NCBI GenBank assembly: GCA_900617105.1
Contig: UYFQ01000001.1
Location: 3,658,001-3,722,000 of the forward strand
Length of the DNA stretch: 64,000 nt
Reading direction: 5' to 3'
Origin: Hydrurus foetidus
Lineage: Eukaryota
Positions 58,317 through 64,000 of this stretch are shown here, piece by piece. How positions within the stretch are numbered: position 1 is the first letter of the stretch; every line of letters starts with the position of its first letter. The notes under the pieces are model-generated. The model was not told the DNA's origin, did not search any database, and worked only from the letters and a program-made list of their open reading frames with translations. The position numbers and the translations under genes were made by a program.

Positions 58317-58348
58317 TGTAAACCTGTAAACCTGTAAACCTGTAACCA
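58317..58348. repeat. 8-bp tandem repeat (TGTAAACC)x3 plus degenerate unit
   Basis: Read directly; upstream of spoT. Confidence 0.85.
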
Positions 58349-58422
58349 TGAACTTGTAACCATTGTTGAGATGTAAAAACCGTGAAAAGTTATCGCAGCT
58401 GCGGGCAAGATACATTTAAGGC

Positions 58423-60681
58423 ATGAGCGCACTGGTTTCCACCAAGCCAAGCAAACCCGTTCGGGGGGCAAGCAAATCGACCCCTGCCGCAGCCAATGCG
58501 GCGGCGGCCAGCTTTGCCGCGCTGACCGCGAAGCTCGACTATCTCAGTGCGGAAGATGTCGACAACGTGCGCCGCGCTTACCGGTTTGCTGACGAAGCCC
58601 ATCTTGGGCAGCTGCGCAACAGCGGCGAGCCGTACATTACCCACCCGATTGCCGTGGCCCAGCAATGCGCCGAATGGAAGCTTGATGCGCAGGCCCTGAT
58701 GGCCGCCTTGCTGCATGACGCCATTGAAGACTGCGGGGTAACCAAGCCAGAGCTGATCGAGCGCTTTGGTGCGCCGGTTGCCGAGCTGGTAGACGGGCTC
58801 ACCAAGCTTGAAAAGCTGGAGCTCAACACGCGCGAGGAAAATCAGGCAGAGTCGTTTCGCAAAATGCTGCTGGCCATGGCGCGTGATGTGCGGGTGATTT
58901 TGATCAAGTTGGCCGACCGGACTCACAACATGCGCACGCTGAGCGACGCGCCGCGGGAAAAGTGGACGCGCATTTCCAGTGAGACGCTTGATATTTATGC
59001 GCCGATTGCCCACCGTTTGGGGCTCAACACGACTTATCGCGAGCTGCAAGACCTTTCTTTTCAACACCTGCACCCGTGGCGCTACGCGGTGCTTTCAAAG
59101 GCGTTGCAAAAAGCGCGTGGGCGCCGCCGCGACGTGATCAAGCGCGTACAGGCCGAGGTAGAGTCTGCGTTCGCAAGCGAGTCGATGCCGGTTGAAATTT
59201 TCGGCCGTGAAAAAACGCTGTATTCCATTTACCGCAAGATGGACGACAAGCATTTGTCGTTTGCGCAGGTCACTGACGTCTACGGATTCCGGGTAATCGT
59301 CAACGCGTTGAATGCCTGCTACACCGCCATGGGCGTATTGCACCAGCAATACAAGCCCTTGCCCGGTAAATTCAAAGACTACATTGCTATCCCCAAAGTC
59401 AACGGCTATCAGTCGCTGCACACCACGCTGGTAGGGCCGTTTGGCACCAATATTGAATTTCAGATGCGCACCGAAGCCATGCATGTAGTGGCAGAGTCTG
59501 GCGTAGCCGCGCACTGGCTGTACAAGGCGGTCGACCCCGACAGCGACGCTTCGCAGCAGCTGGGCACGCAGTGGCTGCAGTCTCTGCTGGACATTCAACA
59601 CGAAACGCGCGACGCGGCTGAGTTTTGGGATCACATCAAGATTGATCTTTTCCCCGAGGCGGTGTACGTGTTTACGCCAAAAAGCCAGATCATGGCCATG
59701 CCGCGCGGCGCCACCATCGTGGATTTTGCTTATGCCATTCACAGCGACATTGGCCACCGGGCCGTGTCTGCAAAAGTCAATGGCGCTCAAGTTCCGTTGC
59801 GCTCAGAATTGAACAACGGCGATGTGATTGAAATTGTCACCACGGCGGTAGCCAGCCCGAACCCGGTGTGGCTGAGTTTTGTGCGAACAGGCAAAGCGCG
59901 ATCAAAAATACGCCACCATTTAAAGACCATGGCCCTTGGCGAGTCGCAGGAGCTGGGCGAGAAAATGTTGATGCAGGCGTTGCGCGCTGAAGGCATTCAG
60001 CGCCTGCCCATGGACACGGGCGTTGACAAGCCCCTGTGGGAAAAGATTCTTCGCTTCAGCGGCAACCGTTCGCGAGCCGACTTGTTGACTGACATTGGTT
60101 TAGGCAAACGAATTGCCAGCATGGTGGCCAAGCGAATTGTGGCGCTGCTGGTCGAGACCGGCGAAAAGCCCGATGCGCTGCTGATGAGCCGCGAGCGCTA
60201 CACCGCAGACGAGACGATTTCTTGGGGCGCGCTGGTGCTAGACGGCAGCGAAGGCGCGTCGGTTCAGTTTGCATCTTGCTGCAAGCCTATTCCCGGCGAT
60301 GGTATTTTGGGCTACCTCGGCCGCGGCGAAGGTTTGGTGGTGCACACCGACGATTGCGCGGTCGCCAAGCGGCTTGAGCATCGCGACAGCGAGCGGTTTA
60401 TTGCGGTTGACTGGTCGGACGAGCCCGCCCGCCTGTTTGATACCGAGCTGTTAATCACAGTGGCCAACGGTAAGGGCGTGTTGGCGCGCGTGGCCGCCGC
60501 GCTTGCCAGCGGCGAGGCTGACATTACCCACGTCAATATGGGTCAAGAGCGCGCTCAAGACGCAACCGAACTGCGCTTTGGCATTGCGGTGCGCGACAGG
60601 GCGCATTTGGCGACCGTGCTGAGAAGCGTTAAACGAACGGCGTCGGTGCTGCGCGTGCAGCGGGCTAAGCCCGGCAGCTAA
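58423..60681 (+). CDS. spoT: (p)ppGpp synthetase/hydrolase SpoT
   Basis: HD motif LLHD, GYQSLHT, TGS and ACT domains; gmk-rpoZ-spoT order. Confidence 0.95.
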   Translation: MSALVSTKPSKPVRGASKSTPAAANAAAASFAALTAKLDYLSAEDVDNVRRAYRFADEAHLGQLRNSGEPYITHPIAVAQQCAEWKLDAQALMAALLHDAIEDCGVTKPELIERFGAPVAELVDGLTKLEKLELNTREENQAESFRKMLLAMARDVRVILIKLADRTHNMRTLSDAPREKWTRISSETLDIYAPIAHRLGLNTTYRELQDLSFQHLHPWRYAVLSKALQKARGRRRDVIKRVQAEVESAFASESMPVEIFGREKTLYSIYRKMDDKHLSFAQVTDVYGFRVIVNALNACYTAMGVLHQQYKPLPGKFKDYIAIPKVNGYQSLHTTLVGPFGTNIEFQMRTEAMHVVAESGVAAHWLYKAVDPDSDASQQLGTQWLQSLLDIQHETRDAAEFWDHIKIDLFPEAVYVFTPKSQIMAMPRGATIVDFAYAIHSDIGHRAVSAKVNGAQVPLRSELNNGDVIEIVTTAVASPNPVWLSFVRTGKARSKIRHHLKTMALGESQELGEKMLMQALRAEGIQRLPMDTGVDKPLWEKILRFSGNRSRADLLTDIGLGKRIASMVAKRIVALLVETGEKPDALLMSRERYTADETISWGALVLDGSEGASVQFASCCKPIPGDGILGYLGRGEGLVVHTDDCAVAKRLEHRDSERFIAVDWSDEPARLFDTELLITVANGKGVLARVAAALASGEADITHVNMGQERAQDATELRFGIAVRDRAHLATVLRSVKRTASVLRVQRAKPGS

Positions 60682-61241
60682 TTTGAATTGGGTGCGGGGT
60701 AGGCAACTTGCACCACCTGCAGAACCCGTACGCCATCAGGCGTTGGCATGTTGACCTCGTCGCCCACCCGCGCTTTTAGCAGTGCCCGGGCCACGGGCGA
60801 CACCCAACTGACCTGGCCCGCCAGCGTGTCGGCCTCGTCAATACCCAAAATGGTGATGGTGCGCTCAGCGCCAGCATCGTCTGCATAGGTCACGCTGCAG
60901 CCGAAAAAGACCTGGTCTTTGCCAAAGTGAACTGAAGGGTCGGTGATAAGAGCGATTTCAAGGCGCTGCGTTAAAAATCGAATTCGCCGATCAATCTCGC
61001 GCAGGCGCTTTTTGCCGTAAATATAGTCACCGTTTTCTGAGCGGTCGCCGTTGCTGGCTGCCCAGTACACCGCCTCTACTACCTTCGGGCGATCAACATC
61101 TATCAGGGTCAACAGCTCGCCCCGCATGCGCGCATACCCCGCTGGCGTGATGTAGTTTTTGCCGCCTGCGGGCAACGGCGGCAAAACGAGGTCGTCGTTG
61201 TCAGAATCGGAATCGTTTTCTTTGGTGAAGGCTTTGCTCAT
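60678..61241 (-). CDS. greB: Transcription elongation factor GreB
   Basis: WAASNGDRSENGDY.YGKKRLREIDRRIRFL. Confidence 0.95.
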   Translation of the reverse strand: MSKAFTKENDSDSDNDDLVLPPLPAGGKNYITPAGYARMRGELLTLIDVDRPKVVEAVYWAASNGDRSENGDYIYGKKRLREIDRRIRFLTQRLEIALITDPSVHFGKDQVFFGCSVTYADDAGAERTITILGIDEADTLAGQVSWVSPVARALLKARVGDEVNMPTPDGVRVLQVVQVAYPAPNSN

Positions 61242-61312
61242 GGTGTGACGTGGTGTGGCAAGGCGGGACCGGTGCGCTTTGTAGCAGTGTATTCCAGCTT
61301 GGGAGCCAAAAC

Positions 61313-61360
61313 GCTATAAAAATAATAGCTCTTCACGCCCGTAAATAAGCGGCTTCGGCT
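61313..61360 (+). repeat. 48-bp dyad element copy (left of inverted pair)
   Basis: GCTA-taaaaataa-TAGC-tcttcac-GCCC-gtaaataag-CGGC. Confidence 0.75.
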
Positions 61361-61438
61361 ACTTTTCTCTTGAAAAAAGGCTAATTTTGGGTTTTTTGGG
61401 CTGCGCGCTGCCTAAAGCCAGTTTTGAGTGCATTTAAG

Positions 61439-61486
61439 TGCTAAAACTCAATGAATACGCGCGTGAGCAGCTGCTAATTTAATAGC
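61439..61486 (-). repeat. 48-bp dyad element copy (right of inverted pair)
   Basis: GCTA-ttaaattag-CAGC-tgctcac-GCGC-gtattcatt-GAGT. Confidence 0.75.
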
Positions 61487-61550
61487 AATTAACTGCCCGC
61501 TCAGGTAATGCAAAACTCTTTGATGGCCGACGCGTAACGTGGTGCACAAA

Positions 61551-61585
61551 GAAAAATAGCCTAGAGGGGTGAGCCTCTAAGCTAT
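61551..61585 (-). terminator. Intrinsic terminator after the tRNA pair
   Basis: ATAGCTTAGAGG-ctcacc-CCTCTAGGCTAT-TTTT on the minus strand. Confidence 0.75.
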
Positions 61586-61604
61586 GGTTCTAGAACGTTA
61601 ATTC

Positions 61605-61681
61605 TGGTGCGGCTGGCAGGAATTGAACCCACGACCCCTTGGTTCGTAGCCAAGTACTCTATCCAACTGAGCTACAGCCGC
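61605..61681 (-). tRNA. tRNA-Arg(ACG)
   Basis: GCGGCTGTAGCTCAG...CT-ACG-AA...GGTTCAATTCC...GCCGCACCA. Confidence 0.95.
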
Positions 61682-61717
61682 AACGTCTAAAATTATAACT
61701 TATTCAATCACGTCGAA

Positions 61718-61794
61718 TGGTGGGCCGTCACAGACTTGAACTGTGGACCAAAGGATTATGAGTCCTCTGCTCTAACCAACTGAGCTAACGGCCC
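61718..61794 (-). tRNA. tRNA with CAT anticodon, most likely tRNA-Ile2
   Basis: GGGCCGTTAGCTCAG...GACT-CAT-AATC...CCCACCA; paired G1:C72, no initiator GGG/CCC anticodon stem. Confidence 0.85.
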
Positions 61795-61830
61795 AAACCA
61801 AGACGCATTGTAGATGCCTGCTTGTTGTGG

Positions 61831-62850
61831 CTATTTGCTGTGGCTCAGGGCGGTGCTGACCAGCTTGGAGGTGATGTCGACAATCTGGATCATTCTTTCG
61901 TACGGCATGCGCATAGGGCCAATAACGCCCAGCGTGCCAACTACCTTGCCGTCCACTTCGTAAGGTGCGGTCACGACTGACAATTCCTGGTACGGAATAA
62001 CCTGGCTTTCGCCGCCAATGTAGATGCGCACGCCTTCGGCTCGGCTAGACACGTCAAGCAATTTCATGAGCTGGGCTTTTTGTTCAAACAAGTCAAACAG
62101 CTTGCGCAAATTGCCCATGTCGCTTGCAAAATCGCTCACCGTCAGCAAATTTCGTTCGCCTGATATGACGACTTCGTCGCGTGACTCAATGGCTTCGGAG
62201 CTGACCTGCACAGCGGTTTGCATCAGCGTGGCGATTTCCCCGCGCAGTGCCTCCACTTCGTTTTTAAGGCGCTCTCGCACCTCTTCAATGGCCATGCCGG
62301 CGTAATGTGAATTTAAAAAATTGGCCGCCTCGATGAGCTGCGACTGCGTGTAGTCGGCTTCAGTAAAAATCACACGGTTTTGCACATCGCCTTCGGGCGA
62401 AACGATGATGACTAAAAAGCGCCGCTCAGACAATCGCAAAAACTCAATGTGCCTAAATACCGAACTGCGCCGGGGCGCCATCACCACACCCACAAACTGC
62501 GACAGGCTGGACAGCATGTGTGCAGCGCTGCTAAGTACTTTTTGTGGCTGGTCAGGGGCCAGACGTGCTGCGCCCAAGCCCGGAGCATTCAGAAATGGGT
62601 CGGACTGAGTCGTCAGCATGGTGTCTACAAACAGCCGATAGCCTAGCGCCGTGGGTATGCGGCCGGCCGAGGTGTGGGGGCTGACGATCAGGCCCAACTC
62701 TTCCAGATCGCTCATCACATTGCGGATGGTGGCGGGGGACAGCTCTAGCCCAGAGGCTTTGGACAGCGTGCGCGAACCTACCGGCTGCCCATCGGCGATG
62801 TAGCGCTCAACGAGCGCTTTTAACAACAGTCTTGCACGATCGTCCAGCAT
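61831..62850 (-). CDS. hrcA: Heat-inducible transcription repressor HrcA
   Basis: [31 protein letters not shown]. Confidence 0.96.
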   Translation of the reverse strand: MLDDRARLLLKALVERYIADGQPVGSRTLSKASGLELSPATIRNVMSDLEELGLIVSPHTSAGRIPTALGYRLFVDTMLTTQSDPFLNAPGLGAARLAPDQPQKVLSSAAHMLSSLSQFVGVVMAPRRSSVFRHIEFLRLSERRFLVIIVSPEGDVQNRVIFTEADYTQSQLIEAANFLNSHYAGMAIEEVRERLKNEVEALRGEIATLMQTAVQVSSEAIESRDEVVISGERNLLTVSDFASDMGNLRKLFDLFEQKAQLMKLLDVSSRAEGVRIYIGGESQVIPYQELSVVTAPYEVDGKVVGTLGVIGPMRMPYERMIQIVDITSKLVSTALSHSK

Positions 62851-62898
62851 TCATTTATTCTACGAAGCTTGCCGCCCTTCTTGTGATGTAATTTGACA

Positions 62899-63774
62899 AT
62901 GAAATCGCAATTTCGTCATGTCGCGCTCGTCGGCAAATACCACGCCCAAGGCTCGCGCCTGGCTTTAGAGAGCATTGCGCAGTTCTTAAACGTCCAGGGT
63001 TGTGACGTTGCGATTGAAAAAGACACTGCCAACAACACCGGCCTGACCCAATACCCGATTTTGGACGTGGCCGGCATAGGCGCGCACTGCGACCTGGCCT
63101 TAGTGGTGGGAGGGGACGGCACCATGCTGGGCATTGGCCGTGTGCTGGCCAAGTTTGGCGTGCCGCTGATTGGCATTAATCAGGGTCGGTTGGGGTTTAT
63201 CACGGACATTGCATTTGACGACTACCAAAGCGTTTTAAGCCCCATGCTGCGCGGCGATTTTGAAGAAGACCGCCGCTGGATGATGCAAGCGCAAGTTGTG
63301 CGTGATGGGCGCTGTGTGTTCAACGCCACTGCCATGAATGATGTGGTGGTCAATCGCGGCGCAACCTCGGGCATGGTGGAGCTGCGGGTGGAGGTCGATG
63401 GCCGTTTTGTGGCTAACCAGCGTGCTGACGGTTTGATTATTGCGTCGCCGACAGGCTCAACAGCCTATGCGCTGTCGGCGGGCGGACCGCTTTTGCATCC
63501 TTCAATTGCGGGTTGGGTGTTGGTGCCGATTGCCCCGCATACCTTGTCAAACCGGCCCATTGTCCTTTCAGACATAGGGGAAGTAGCTATTGAAATAGTA
63601 GCGGGCCGAGACGCCAGCGCCAACTTTGACATGCAGTCCTTGGCGAGCTTGATGCTGGGCGACCGGATCACAGTCAAACGCTCTGAGTACCAAATGCGCT
63701 TTTTGCACCCCAAGGGCTGGAGCTATTTTGACACGCTGCGCAAAAAGCTGCACTGGAACGAAGGCGTAGCGTGA
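62899..63774 (+). CDS. nadK: NAD kinase
   Basis: [24 protein letters not shown]. Confidence 0.95.
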   Translation: MKSQFRHVALVGKYHAQGSRLALESIAQFLNVQGCDVAIEKDTANNTGLTQYPILDVAGIGAHCDLALVVGGDGTMLGIGRVLAKFGVPLIGINQGRLGFITDIAFDDYQSVLSPMLRGDFEEDRRWMMQAQVVRDGRCVFNATAMNDVVVNRGATSGMVELRVEVDGRFVANQRADGLIIASPTGSTAYALSAGGPLLHPSIAGWVLVPIAPHTLSNRPIVLSDIGEVAIEIVAGRDASANFDMQSLASLMLGDRITVKRSEYQMRFLHPKGWSYFDTLRKKLHWNEGVA

Positions 63775-63799
63775 CCTATTTTCTTTTGGTTGTCTGGCC

Positions 63800-64000
63800 A
63801 TGAGCCTCAAGCGAATATCGTTACGCGACTTCGTGATTGTTCGCGAAGTCGACCTTGATCTGACGTCAGGGTTCACCGTTTTAACGGGCGAAACCGGCGC
63901 CGGCAAATCAATTTTGATTGATGCGGTTCAGCTCGCGCTTGGCGCGCGCAGCGATGTGGGTATGGTTCGTGAAGGCGCTTTGCGCTGCGAGATAAGCGTC
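63800..64000 (+). CDS. recN: DNA repair protein RecN (partial, runs off window)
   Basis: MSLKRISLRDFVIV...LTGETGAGKSILIDA; follows nadK; not in ORF track. Confidence 0.92.
   Translation, partial: MSLKRISLRDFVIVREVDLDLTSGFTVLTGETGAGKSILIDAVQLALGARSDVGMVREGALRCEISV

Noticed and set aside
56440..59790. Long antisense ORFs (56440-57195, 58390-59073, 59095-59790; also 14112-14942, 24798-25646, 30558-31355)
   Set aside because: Shadow frames of GC-rich real genes with no recognisable motifs.
61490..61800. Island integrated at the tRNA genes
   Set aside because: No integrase or duplicated tRNA 3' end; both flanks are core genes.
62851..62898. CIRCE operator near hrcA, or the N9 dyad element being CIRCE
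   Set aside because: No TTAGCACTC-N9-GAGTGCTAA found; the element's arms differ from CIRCE.

Overview
Core-chromosome window of a Betaproteobacterium. Gene order and proteins fit Comamonadaceae, Polaromonas/Rhodoferax-like (inference). It is mostly housekeeping: erpA, anmK, tyrS, ybeY, phoH, ruvAB, ttcA, folB, otsAB, cca, slt, glmU, glmS, hemW, rdgB, rph, gmk, rpoZ, spoT, greB, tRNA-Arg and tRNA-Ile2, hrcA, nadK and partial recN. Small accessory inserts with no mobility genes interrupt it: an ABC-ATPase + DUF4276-like pair inside ruvAB, four type II toxin-antitoxin pairs, a SIR2-like gene, and after glmS a 1258-aa nuclease-STAND(NLR)-like protein plus an SF1 helicase. The strongest unexplained signal is a dispersed, fixed-length ~48-bp element, GCTA-N9-TAGC-TGCTTGC-GCCC-N9-GGGC-TAnAGGC. 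I found 16 copies and 2 half-sites by eye. They lie between genes, over stop and start codons, and in frame inside conserved genes (cca twice, glmU, anmK, phoH, an SDR, a lipoprotein signal peptide). Several intergenic copies are flanked by helically phased A/T tracts. All calls come from motif recognition only; no database searches were run.
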